Assembly: GCA_951406725.2 (NCBI GenBank)
Contig: CATOCA020000002.1
Coordinates: forward strand, 248,001-312,000
Direction of reading: 5' to 3'
DNA length: 64,000 bases
Source of the DNA: Octopus vulgaris
Lineage: Eukaryota
Part shown: positions 25,045 through 36,365 of the stretch, one piece after another
Layout: each line of letters begins with the position of its first letter
How positions within the stretch are numbered: position 1 is the stretch's first letter
Position numbers and translations under genes: made by a program
The notes under the pieces: generated by a model
The model's database searches: none
What the model was told of the DNA's origin: nothing
The model's input: only the letters and a program-made list of their open reading frames with translations

Positions 25045-25390
25045 GTAAACGAGAGGCAAATACCTTGAAACTATAGTCCGTATGTATCACTTAGGTTTTC
25101 GAGGAGGATGACCTCCTTTTGCAAATAACACAAGGGCACTGAAATTGTGTCTAAGGCCAGCTGGAGATGTTGATCTCATGGGGCTAAAAGCGTCAGTAAC
25201 ACCCCACCCCCAGTGGCTAGCCACATTCAGATGGCTAGTACACTTTACGTTGTCGAGCGGTTACTTTTATATCTCATTCGGAGATTTATTAATGCTTTCA
25301 GACAGTTTTTCTAAATCAGTGGCTGTGGCTGCTGGGAAAAACGTTAAATATCATTTGCAAAGGTCTCCTTTATCGAAAGCCGGTGTTTAC

Positions 25391-25435
25391 CATGCGTTCA
25401 CGAGAGGCAAATACCTTGAAACTATAGTCCGTATG
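25391..25435 (+). ncRNA. Minimal hammerhead copy with G5>C core mutation
   Basis: CATGCG-TTCACGA-GAGG-CAAATA-CCTT-GAAAC-TATA-GTC-CGTATG. Confidence 0.75.
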
Positions 25436-25743
25436 TATCACTTAGGTTTTCGAGGGAGGATGACCTCCCTTTGCAAATAACACAAGGGCACTGAAATTGT
25501 GTCTAAGGCCAGCTGGAGACGTTGATCTCCTGGGGCTAAAAGCGTCAGTAACACCCCACCCCCAGTGGCTAGCCACATTCAGATGGCTAGTACACTTTAC
25601 GTTGTCGAGCGGTTACTGTTTATATCTCGTTCGGAGATTTATTAATGCTTTCAGACAGTTTTTCTAAATCAGTGACTGTGGTTGCTGGGAAAAACGTTAA
25701 ATATTATTTGCAAAGGTCTCATTCATCGAAAGCCGGTGTTTAC

Positions 25744-25788
25744 CATGCGTTGACGAGAGGCAAGTACCTTGAAACTATAGTCCATATG
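25744..25788 (+). ncRNA. Minimal hammerhead copy, core as in 25000, one helix I mismatch
   Basis: CATGCG-TTGACGA-GAGG-CAAGTA-CCTT-GAAAC-TATA-GTC-CATATG. Confidence 0.8.
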
Positions 25789-26019
25789 TATCACTTAGGT
25801 TTTCGAGAGAGGATGACCTCCCTTTGCAAATAACACAAGGGCACTGAAATTGTGTCTAAGGCCAGCTGGAGACGTTGATCTCCTGGGGCTAAAAGTGTCA
25901 GTAACACCCCACCCCCAGTGGCTAGCCACATTCAGATGGCTGGTACACTTTACGTTGTCAAGCGGTTACTGTTTATATCTCGTTTGGAGATTTATTAATG
26001 CTTATATATATATATATAT

Positions 26020-26731
26020 ATATAAGAAAAAAGGTTTGAAAATGCAATTTAAACGATGTTTATTTACTTAACCGGTTTCACTCTTTGGTAAAAGATTGTC
26101 AAAAGTAACATTAAAAGTATCATTGAATAATATGGGTTCAAAAAAGTTTTTTACATAATTGTCACATTGAATATTATGCATTCAAAAAGGTTTTTTACAT
26201 AATTGTCACATTGGATATTATGAATTCAAAAATGTTTTTTTATACAAAATTGTCACATTACATGTATAAATATAGTGTTTGGTAACAGAGAAGTTCAATA
26301 GTGTGATGAGAATATTTGGAAAAATTGGCAGAAAAGGATAAAACAAATATATTATTGGAAATTTGGTTGCGTTAATTATTGGTTGTTGCAAATTGTCACA
26401 TTACATGTATATATATACAGTCTTTGGTATATATATACAATCTTTTGACAGCAAAAATTAAAATGGATTTTTTATACATCTCAGAATATTTTAAGTTGAA
26501 GGCGAGAATATGTTGTTACTAACCTGTTTGTTTTAGCAGAAAGGTTGAATTGAGAGCAAAAAGGTTGTACCCAGTGTGGTGTATACTCCCCTTCAAGCAT
26601 CAATGGTTTTGGGGTTATCAGGAGGTTAGTATGCCTGCTGGTCAAGCAGCGTCTGTTTGTCACACACATATATACACACACACACACACACAACAACACA
26701 CACACACACACATAGTATACAAACACACACC
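26020..26731 (-). repeat. Inverted pseudo-LTR (5' copy), hammerhead motif at 26064-26108
   Basis: Reverse complement of ~30329-31021, including the AATGTGACAATT subrepeats and part of the CA microsatellite. Confidence 0.93.
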
Positions 26732-28974
26732 TAAACCTTTCTAACCTAAACCTGTCGACACCACAAATAAAAATCCTTTCAAGAGGACTAAAATTCACCC
26801 CAACTCCGCAATACCCTAACCTGAGGGAAATACAGGATGACATCTCACACTTTTGCAGAAAATTACGCCTCACAGAGGAATTTTTTGACAGGAAAACTAA
26901 TAATAACGATGAATCAATGGTCTGTAACAAAAGCAACTATAATCCCATAAAAGGCAAAAACAAAACCTTAGACAAATTTTGCGATTACATCTCAAACTTC
27001 CCTTATGGTGAACTCCCACAACCTAAACTCAAACCCAACACCAGTAAAAGAGAATGGGAAATCATCCATACGCTACGAGACAATCATGACGTCACAATAA
27101 AGGAAGCTGATAAGGGTAGTACGGTCGTTGTTATGAATACTGAGCAATATAAAAACTCTGTATCTCTCCTTTTAGAGGATACCACATACTACGAAAGAGT
27201 AGTCGACTACCAGCAATCCAAAACAATGACCAAACTGAAGGCACTCATTTACCAACACCGGAATGACTTGACAGCAAAGGAATGCGACTACATTACTAAA
27301 TTTAATTGCAAAACCAGCACACTCTATGGGCTTCCAAAAATACACAAGAGTCAAATTATCACAGAAGCTTGCAAAAAGTCCACTTCAACCTGCATCACTA
27401 TACCACATCCCACTGATCTCAAACTGAGACCAATAGTGGCAGGCCCAAGTTGTGAAACACACAGACTTAGCAACTTTATAGATATCATCTTAAAGCCAAT
27501 ACTGAAACACATTCCAAGTATTGTAAGAGATGACCTGGACCTATTAAATCATCTCCCCAAACATGCCGATAAAGACACCTTAATCGTTTCTTTTGATGTT
27601 ATTAATCTTTACACCACAATCCCACATGAATATGGACTGGAAGCCATTAAATTCTGGCTGGATAAATATCCCAATGAGATCCCGGAAAGAATTAAAAAAG
27701 AATTCATAATTGAGGGCCTCAAATTTATTCTGCAAAACAACTTCATGTATTTCCACAACAACACTTACAGACAGGTCTCAGGAACTGCAATGGGTATGAA
27801 AGTTGCACCTACCTATGCAAACCTGGTGATGGCCTACCTGGAATCACATATCTATGAAAAATCCAAATATAAGTACGGCCAGTCTTTCCACAAATACCTG
27901 TTGGAGAACTGGAAACGCTACTTAGATGATTGCCTCATCCTATGGTCCCACACACTCGACCAACTTATAGACTTCAAAAACCTTATCAACAGTGTAAATA
28001 ACAACATTCAATTCACAATGGAATATAGTCAGGACCAACTCCCTTTTCTTGACATCCTAATCATTAAAAAAGGCGTCAACATTGAAACTGACATCCATTA
28101 CAAACCCACTGACTCTAAACAATACCTTCTATTCACCTCCAATCACCCAAAACACACAAAGACAAATATCCCCTTCAACCTAGTGAGAAGAATCTGCACT
28201 ATTGTCTCAAATGACACAACACGAAATAGAAGACTCCGGGAACTAAGGGCAATTCTTCTCGAAAGACATTACCCGGCATCACTAGTAGACAACGGAATAG
28301 AACGGGCCAAATCAATCAACATTCAAGACCTACGAAAACCCAAACACATCCACAGTACAGTAAATAGCCTCCCCTATCTCTCAACACACAACCCAAGGAA
28401 TGCAGAAGCTTACACTATTATATACAACAACATTCCACAACTAAATCAAGACCCACACCTGAAAAAAATATTGGCAGCTCATAAAATAATAAAAAGTAAG
28501 AGACAACCTAAATCCCTAAAAAACCTCCTCACCAATGCAAAATTACACAACACAAACCCACCGCCCACCATCAAAAAATGTGGTCGCCCCAACTGCAAGA
28601 CCTGCATCCACCTCATTGAGGGATCGTCGTACAAGTTCCACTCGGGACACACATTCATCATAAAAAATAATTTCACGTGCGCATCAAAAAATTTACTCTA
28701 CGTCATAAGGTGTGAAGGATGCCACGAAGACTACATAGAGCAAACGAGCCTTACCCTCAGAGAAAGAATGACAGTTCACCGACAACAACTGAGGGACCCC
28801 TCCACAAGACAGATACCACTAAGTGGACACTTAGACCTTTGTGCACACAATAAGTCCCCCAAATTCTTAGTCTTCCCACTATACCAATGCTCGGACAACA
28901 CCACAGACCAAACACGAATAAATAAGGAAAGTAATCTTATTCAAAAATACAGACCACAACTAAACATACTCTAA
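26731..28974 (+). CDS. PLE reverse transcriptase + Cys knuckle + GIY-YIG endonuclease (first ATG 26917; homology extends upstream to 26731, native start lost)
   Basis: NLS...ILSRGLKFTPTP, IKEADKG, LYGLPKIHK, LRPIV, SFDVINLYT, GTAMG, RYLDD, LPFLD, CGRPNCKTC, LLYVIRC...YIEQT...LRERM. Confidence 0.93.
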   Translation, partial: LNLSNLNLSTPQIKILSRGLKFTPTPQYPNLREIQDDISHFCRKLRLTEEFFDRKTNNNDESMVCNKSNYNPIKGKNKTLDKFCDYISNFPYGELPQPKLKPNTSKREWEIIHTLRDNHDVTIKEADKGSTVVVMNTEQYKNSVSLLLEDTTYYERVVDYQQSKTMTKLKALIYQHRNDLTAKECDYITKFNCKTSTLYGLPKIHKSQIITEACKKSTSTCITIPHPTDLKLRPIVAGPSCETHRLSNFIDIILKPILKHIPSIVRDDLDLLNHLPKHADKDTLIVSFDVINLYTTIPHEYGLEAIKFWLDKYPNEIPERIKKEFIIEGLKFILQNNFMYFHNNTYRQVSGTAMGMKVAPTYANLVMAYLESHIYEKSKYKYGQSFHKYLLENWKRYLDDCLILWSHTLDQLIDFKNLINSVNNNIQFTMEYSQDQLPFLDILIIKKGVNIETDIHYKPTDSKQYLLFTSNHPKHTKTNIPFNLVRRICTIVSNDTTRNRRLRELRAILLERHYPASLVDNGIERAKSINIQDLRKPKHIHSTVNSLPYLSTHNPRNAEAYTIIYNNIPQLNQDPHLKKILAAHKIIKSKRQPKSLKNLLTNAKLHNTNPPPTIKKCGRPNCKTCIHLIEGSSYKFHSGHTFIIKNNFTCASKNLLYVIRCEGCHEDYIEQTSLTLRERMTVHRQQLRDPSTRQIPLSGHLDLCAHNKSPKFLVFPLYQCSDNTTDQTRINKESNLIQKYRPQLNIL

Positions 28975-29125
28975 CATACCCCCTGGAAACACATCCAGAG
29001 AAAGCACACAGGGACACGCGCACACTCACAGCATATCGTGCGGGCGGGCACATGCACGCATCGGCACGCATAGGACACACTAGCGGGCATTGACCGCATA
29101 CATACGTGGCATACACACACATGCA

Positions 29126-29307
29126 TTATATATATATGTAGGTTATGTATGTGTGTGAGTGTTGTGTGTGTGTGTGTGTGTGCACGTTGTGTGTGTGTGT
29201 GCGCGTGTGTATATATATGTGTGTGTGTGTGTGTGCACTGTCTGCGTGTGTGTGTGCGCGCGTTGTGTATGTGTGTGTGTGCACGTGTGTATATATGTGT
29301 GTGTGTG

Positions 29308-29342
<35 letters not shown>

Positions 29343-29382
29343 AGCATTGTATACGTGTGTATGTATTTACATGTGTATTTGT

Positions 29383-29413
<31 letters not shown>

Positions 29414-29547
29414 TGAGTGTTGTGTGTGTATATGCATGGTATGTATGTATATGTGAGTACATTGTTTGTGTGTGTGTGAATTTTTAATATATATATGTAT
29501 GTGTATGTGTGTGAAAAAATATATGTATGTGCATGTATGTATGTATG

Positions 29548-29594
<47 letters not shown>

Positions 29595-30363
29595 GTGTAT
29601 GTATATGTGTGTGTGTATATTTATTTGCATGTTTATGCGTGTATAAACATGTGCATTATTTGCATGCGCATTGTGTATATGTATATTGTATGTATGTGTA
29701 TTGTATATGTATGTGTACAATTAAGTGTATATATGTGTGTGTATGTGTGCATTGTATATATGTATATTGTAGGTGTGCCATATGTGCATGAATACATGTA
29801 TATGCATTGCGTGTATATATATGTATGCATTGTGTATGTATGTTATGTGTGTGTGTGTTTATATATATTATATGTATGCGTACGTGTATGTGTATGCATT
29901 GTATGTATGTATATTGTGTGTATATGTGGTATATCTATGTATGTGTATGTAAACACTATTTATATGTATACATGTATATATTTATATGCATTGTCTATAT
30001 ATATATATATTATATGTATGTATTGCGTACGTATATTGCATGCATATATTGTGTATGTGTATTATATACATGCTGTATTTGTATATTGTATGTGTATATA
30101 TATGCTAGGTGTATTTGTGTGATATTTATATTATGTATGGATGTGTGCGTGTGTTGTGTGTGTGTGTGTGTGTGTGTGTGTTGTGTGTGTATGTGTTATA
30201 TATATATATGTGTGTGTATATTATATATAAATACATGTTATATTTGTGTGTTGTGTGTATATATTATATATGTGGGTGCGTTGTGTGTGTGTGTGTTCTG
30301 TGTGTGTGTGTGGGTGTTGTGTGTATGTGGTGTGTGTTTGTATACTATGTGTGTGTGTGTTGT

Positions 30364-30398
<35 letters not shown>

Positions 30399-30400
30399 GA
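29126..30400. repeat. Cryptic (TG)/(TA) microsatellite forming the PLE 3' UTR
   Basis: Degenerate alternating purine-pyrimidine sequence between the ORF stop and the unique part of the pseudo-LTR. Confidence 0.9.
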
Positions 30401-30931
30401 CAAACAGACGCTGCTTGACCAGCAGGCATACTAACCTCCTGATAACCCCAAAACCATTGATGCTTGAAGGGGAGTATACACCACACTGGGTACAACCTTT
30501 TTGCTCTCAATTCAACCTTTCTGCTAAAACAAACAGGTCAGTAACAACATATTCTCGCCTTCAACTTAAAATATTCTGAGATGTATAAAAAATCCATTTT
30601 AATTTTTGCTGTCAAAAGATTGTATATATATACATGTAATGTGACAATTTGCAACAACCAATAATTAACGCAACCAAATTTCCAATAATATATTTGTTTT
30701 ATCCTTTTCTGCCAATTTTTCCAAATATTCTCATCACACTATTGAACTTCTCTGTTACCAAACACTATATTTATACATGTAATGTGACAATTTTGTATAA
30801 AAAAACATTTTTGAATTCATAATATCCAATGTGACAATTATGTAAAAAACTTTTTTGAATGCATAATATTCAATGTGACAATTATGTAAAAAACTTTTTT
30901 GAACCCATATTATTCAATGATACTTTTAATG

Positions 30932-30976
30932 TTACTTTTGACAATCTTTTACCAAAGAGTGAAACCGGTTAAGTAA
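30932..30976 (+). ncRNA. Variant minimal hammerhead (U3-A8 core) in the PLE pseudo-LTR
   Basis: TTACTT-TTGACAA-TCTTT-TACC-AAAGA-GT-GAAAC-CG-GTT-AAGTAA; identical on the minus strand at 26064-26108. Confidence 0.7.
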
Positions 30977-31051
30977 ATAAACATCGTTTAAATTGCATTT
31001 TCAAACCTTTTTTCTTATATAATCCCACTCGTGCGATACCCCACAACTCAA

Positions 31052-31086
<35 letters not shown>

Positions 31087-31101
31087 TTATTATATAGAAG
31101 G

Positions 31102-31152
31102 AGCTTCTACAGGACTAGAACTGTTTCATTCAAGAGAAATCTTCAGGAAGCT
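31102..31152 (-). ncRNA. Type I hammerhead ribozyme with intact core
   Basis: Minus strand AGCTTC-CTGAAGA-TTTC-TCTT-GAAT-GAAA-CAG-TTCTAGTC-CTG-TA-GAAGCT. Confidence 0.75.
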
Positions 31153-31389
31153 AGTTAACAAGAATTGTATTGGCATTTATACATTTAGGCAGGTTTAAAG
31201 GGGTGTTGGTGGGGGACTTTTTGGGGGTAGGCATAGCGCAAAATATCATACTTGGGGGAGTGGTCAAGGAGTCAGTGTTAAATTAGATAGAAGAATAAAT
31301 AAAAAATAAAAAATAAAAAAAATTATAAAAATATATATATATATAAAAAAAGGGGGAATAGAGTTTTAGGTAAATAAGGAGATTCTCAC

Positions 31390-32204
31390 TTATACCTATG
31401 CACATATGTATACATATATACACACGCATACAAACATATATACATATACATACACACATACATATATATATATACATATATATATACACTTACACATACA
31501 TATACATATCTACACATACACATATATGTATACATACACACACTCACATGCATACACGTATACACACATGTATATATACACACACACGACCACACATACA
31601 TATACACACAGAAAAATATATATACACATACACACACATACTCACATACATGCATACACACACAAATCCACACACACACATGCACACACAGCACACTAGT
31701 CCCTATATACACATATATACACATACACACATATATACACACACATACATATACATACATACACATATATATATATATATATATATATAAATATATACAT
31801 ATGTGTACCTATGCATACCTACACATACACACATATATATATACACATACAAATACAGACCCATTCCCTAATTTTAATTTTATTATCTTCGTTTATTACT
31901 TTTGTTATCTTTGGCCGCTTGGTCACAAACATCTTGGCTATGACAGCCAGTCCATTTATCTGTCTACTGGAAAACAAGCACTCATTCACTCACGCACACT
32001 CTTTAGCACGTACACTCATACACATACACGCACGCACGCGTTATATTCATACATACATACATCTACATACATTCACGTATATACACATACGTACGCGTAC
32101 CTACAGATTCATGTCTACACTCTTAGAAGGCTAGTCTATACATATACACCAATAAATATAAATACACACACATACACGTACACCTACATACAAATACATA
32201 CATG

Positions 32205-32237
<33 letters not shown>

Positions 32238-32951
32238 TCACATATATATACACATATATACATACACATACATACATACACATATATACACATATACACA
32301 CATATACACATATATACACACATACACACATACATATACACACATACACATACATACGTATACATACATACATACATCCATATATCCATACATTTATACA
32401 CATACACACACCCACATACATACATATATATACACGCGCATATATATATCTATATATATATATATATATACACATACACATATATACATATATATTCATA
32501 CACACACATACATATACATACATACATATACAAATATACGCACACACATACATACATACTCATATACTCATACACGCACATACACATGTACATGCGTACC
32601 CATACACACACACACACACGCGCGCGTCCATATATACACATAAGTACACCCATGCGTAAAAGTATACATATATCTATGCTTACACATACACACACACACA
32701 CGCGCCTCCTTATATTCATACTTACATGCATACTCAAAAAATAAGTAAATAGTAAAATATATATACGCGCAGTTATTCATACATGCATACTCAAAAAATA
32801 AATAATAAATAATAAATATTAAGTATATGTACGTGCAGTTACCTATTATATAGACGGATACATACATATAAACTTACACACATAGATATATATATATATA
32901 TATATATACATACATATATACACATATATATACACATACACACATACATAC

Positions 32952-32992
<41 letters not shown>

Positions 32993-33216
32993 CATATATA
33001 CATATATATACATACATACTTACACATGTACATATAAATACACACATAGATAACTCTACGTACCTACATATACATAAACACACGAGCGTACGCGTATATG
33101 TACATATACACATACACATACACACGCATATATATACATACATACATACACATACACACATGTATACACACACACACACATACACATATATATACATACA
33201 CATATATATACACATA

Positions 33217-33266
<50 letters not shown>

Positions 33267-33417
33267 CACATACACATACACACACATATATACATGTGTG
33301 CAAACATACATACATTCTCATACAAGCACACACACTTACATTTACATATATACACACACTTACACACATATATACATACACATGTACATACATACATACA
33401 TACGTATATGCATACAT

Positions 33418-33468
<51 letters not shown>

Positions 33469-33551
33469 CATACATACACAAACACATACCCATACATATA
33501 TATACACACATATATATACACATGCACATACTTATATCTCTACATACTCGC

Positions 33552-33602
<51 letters not shown>

Positions 33603-33680
33603 CACACACATACATGCATAAATATATACATATATATAAATATATAATATACATATATATATATAAATATATATATATTT
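31390..33680. repeat. Long cryptic (CA)/(TA) microsatellite
   Basis: Degenerate dinucleotide repeats with a short unique island at ~31860-32000. Confidence 0.9.
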
Positions 33681-33899
33681 CATTTCATCATTTCATCTAG
33701 TTTCAGCTCATGAGCTGTGGCCATGCTGGGGCACCGCCATATATATATATATATATATATATGGCGGTGCGATGGCCACAGCTCATGAGCTGAAACTAGA
33801 TGAAATGATGAAATGAAATATATATATATTTATATATATATATGTATATTATATATTTATATATATGTATATATTTATGCATGTATATAGGTATATGTA

Positions 33900-33948
<49 letters not shown>

Positions 33949-34035
33949 GCGAGTATGTAGAGATATAAGTATGTGCATGTGTATATATATGTGTGTATAT
34001 ATATGTATGGGTATGTGTTTGTGTATGTATGTATG

Positions 34036-34072
<37 letters not shown>

Positions 34073-34223
34073 ATGTATGCATATACGTATGTATGTATGT
34101 ATGTACATGTGTATGTATATATGTGTGTAAGTGTGTGTATATATGTAAATGTAAGTGTGTGTGCTTGTATGAGAATGTATGTATGTTTGCACACATGTAT
34201 ATATGTGTGTGTATGTGTATGTG

Positions 34224-34273
<50 letters not shown>

Positions 34274-34347
34274 TATGTGTATATATATGTGTATGTATAT
34301 ATATGTGTATGTGTGTGTGTGTGTATACATGTGTGTATGTGTATGTA

Positions 34348-34352
<5 letters not shown>
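33135..34352. repeat. Near-perfect palindrome with ~600-bp arms centred on (TA)n at ~33750
   Basis: Unique marks mirrored, e.g. TGTGTGCAAACATACATACATTCTCATACAAGCAC (33295) vs GTGCTTGTATGAGAATGTATGTATGTTTGCACACA (34161); head-to-head LINE termini at the centre. Confidence 0.9.
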
Positions 34353-34379
<27 letters not shown>

Positions 34380-34383
<4 letters not shown>

Positions 34384-36365
34384 TAAAAAACTGTAAGATA
34401 ACAAAAGAAAGAAAGAGACCTCAGTATTATGTAAATAGGGGAATTTATCTGTAAAATAATATGTGACAATTATTCAGTAGCCAAGATAAAACTCTGTGTT
34501 TTGGATGCCGAGGTGGAAATCCACACCACCATCTCTTCGGTTATCTGGCCATCTGAAAAACGCTATGAAAAAGGCCGTTATACAAAGGGAAATTACTGTG
34601 TTATAGACCGCTACTTATACAAAGTGCTAATTTGAATGACCGCTAATTAAGATAAGGTTAAAAGTTCATAGTAAACACATAAGCGTGTCTATTCATACGT
34701 ACAGATGTGTGCTCGCGCATCCACGTGCGTACACATACATCACTATGAAAACGTACACATCTTCACTCGCATTTTTCACCACATGTATATGCATATATAT
34801 ACAAACTCATACACACACATGCACCCCGTAAAAGTTGATACATACATCTACATACGCACAAGCACAAGAAAAAACAGGGTTAAGAGTAACAATATAGAAA
34901 AAGGGCATAAGGAAGTATACAAAGAGTAAAGTATGTTCATATATGGACATACCCTTCTGCACGCATACACACACACGCCTATATATGTACATACCCGCAC
35001 ACACACACACACACTCACGCACAAAAGGATTAATACATATGCCTCCCCCCACCAATATTTTAAATACTGAGTAAAAACGTCTATATATATATGTACTCTT
35101 ATGCCCGCACACACGCACACATCTATATACAAACATACCCGCACACGCGTACAAATGAATTCATATACACGTCTATATAGGCACAAGGAAAAATGCAGGA
35201 TGGAAAGTAGAGTACAGAAAAAAATTATTACGTGTAAAAATAATATAACAATAAACCAAATTCTCTATAATATATATAAAAACATATGTAAAAATCAAAA
35301 AGGTATAATGAGATAAAAAACTTATGTGTGGACTGTAGTCTTGGGGGGACCAAAAACATAACAAAAATTTGGTCACATGTGAGCATGATCTGAAAAGTTC
35401 TGTCCTTGAGTTTAGACATGTAGCAGGGTCTAAACTGCTTTTCCAGATGAGCCATCTTTCCATGTCGCATAGACCACACTTTCTGCTGCCGTTGGTGTAG
35501 GGCTTACATTTGGCTAAAATCTTCCAATGGATGTTGTAACTGACACCTTTATCTTTTAATGACCATATATGATTGGATAATTTTGTCACTTTCCTTTTGT
35601 CCCAGTGTCTAAAACTCAAAGTGTGGTTATTGAACCTGGCCTTGAAATTACCCTCTGCAAGGCCCATGTATTTCTTCATCGAAATGGTGTCTTTAGTGGG
35701 TATAGAGTCCATGGTAGCTTCGTAGATGATGGTCTCGGACATGCAAGCTCCATTTAGCGGGCACAATTTTTTATTCCTGCATGAACAGCTGTTTTCATAT
35801 TGTGGTTTCTGTGTGTTATGTGCGATTATATTTTTAAAATTGGTAGTTGAGCTGAAACTAATTTTTAAGTTGTGTTTATTGAAGAGCTTCCTGTAAGTAT
35901 GGTTAACTGGAAAATGTCTATCAGTGCTAAGAAATATTTACCTATATTGAAGGTCACCTCGGGTGAGTAGGGAGGTGTGAATCAGATGATCTTCCTATTT
36001 CTATTTCTCCTCTTCTTTATTGTTGGGCTAGTAACAGGTGTATATTTCTTCACTAAAACCACTATCTTTTAGAGCCTTATTATATACTGGGGCAACGCTA
36101 TTAAAAATGTCCTTATCGGAGGAGAGGTTAGAAATTCTCTTACTAATGTTTGTAACTAAATTTTTAAATACTATAGGGGGATGACATGAACCTACATTAA
36201 TATAACTAAGTCTATAATTGGGCTTCCTATAAGGCTTATAAATGTTCTTATTTAGATCTAAGGAAACATCTAGGAAATCGACAACCGTCAGGTTGGTATC
36301 TACAGTTATACTAAGTCCGAGGTTTTTCATTAAATGGATAATATCCTTCCTAAATCGATCCTGTG
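34380..36365 (-). mobile_element. Naiad-type PLE 3' half (RT C-terminus, GIY-YIG, 3' UTR, decayed hammerhead at 34494-34556)
   Basis: VDFLDVSLDL...KPYRKPN; CSCRNKKLCPLNGAC...IIY...YMGLAEGNFKARFNNH...CGLCDME...LNSRTEL...CSH; GATAA-CCGAAGA-GATG...CATCC-AAAAC...GTT-TTATC. Confidence 0.88.

Larger units (their letters stand above)
24832..26002 (+). mobile_element. Non-coding tandem array of 351-353-bp hammerhead-containing units with a 5' inverted partial copy (retrozyme-like or non-autonomous PLE)
   Basis: Unit starts GAGAGGCAA at 25051, 25402 and 25755; 24832-25050 is a reverse-complement copy; (TA)n on both sides. Confidence 0.9.
26020..31066 (+). mobile_element. Young Neptune-type Penelope-like retroelement with inverted pseudo-LTRs, inserted in (TA)n
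   Basis: Uninterrupted RT + GIY-YIG ORF; 26020-26731 is a near-identical reverse complement of ~30329-31021. Confidence 0.95.

Noticed and set aside
25145-25480. 111-aa ORF spanning almost one repeat unit
   Set aside because: Non-ATG start, frame not preserved in neighbouring units, unit lengths 351 and 353 differ in frame, no recognisable domain
29126-34469. Many long ORFs rich in Y/I/H/T/C/V/M
   Set aside because: Translations of TA/CA/TG microsatellites, open in several frames on both strands
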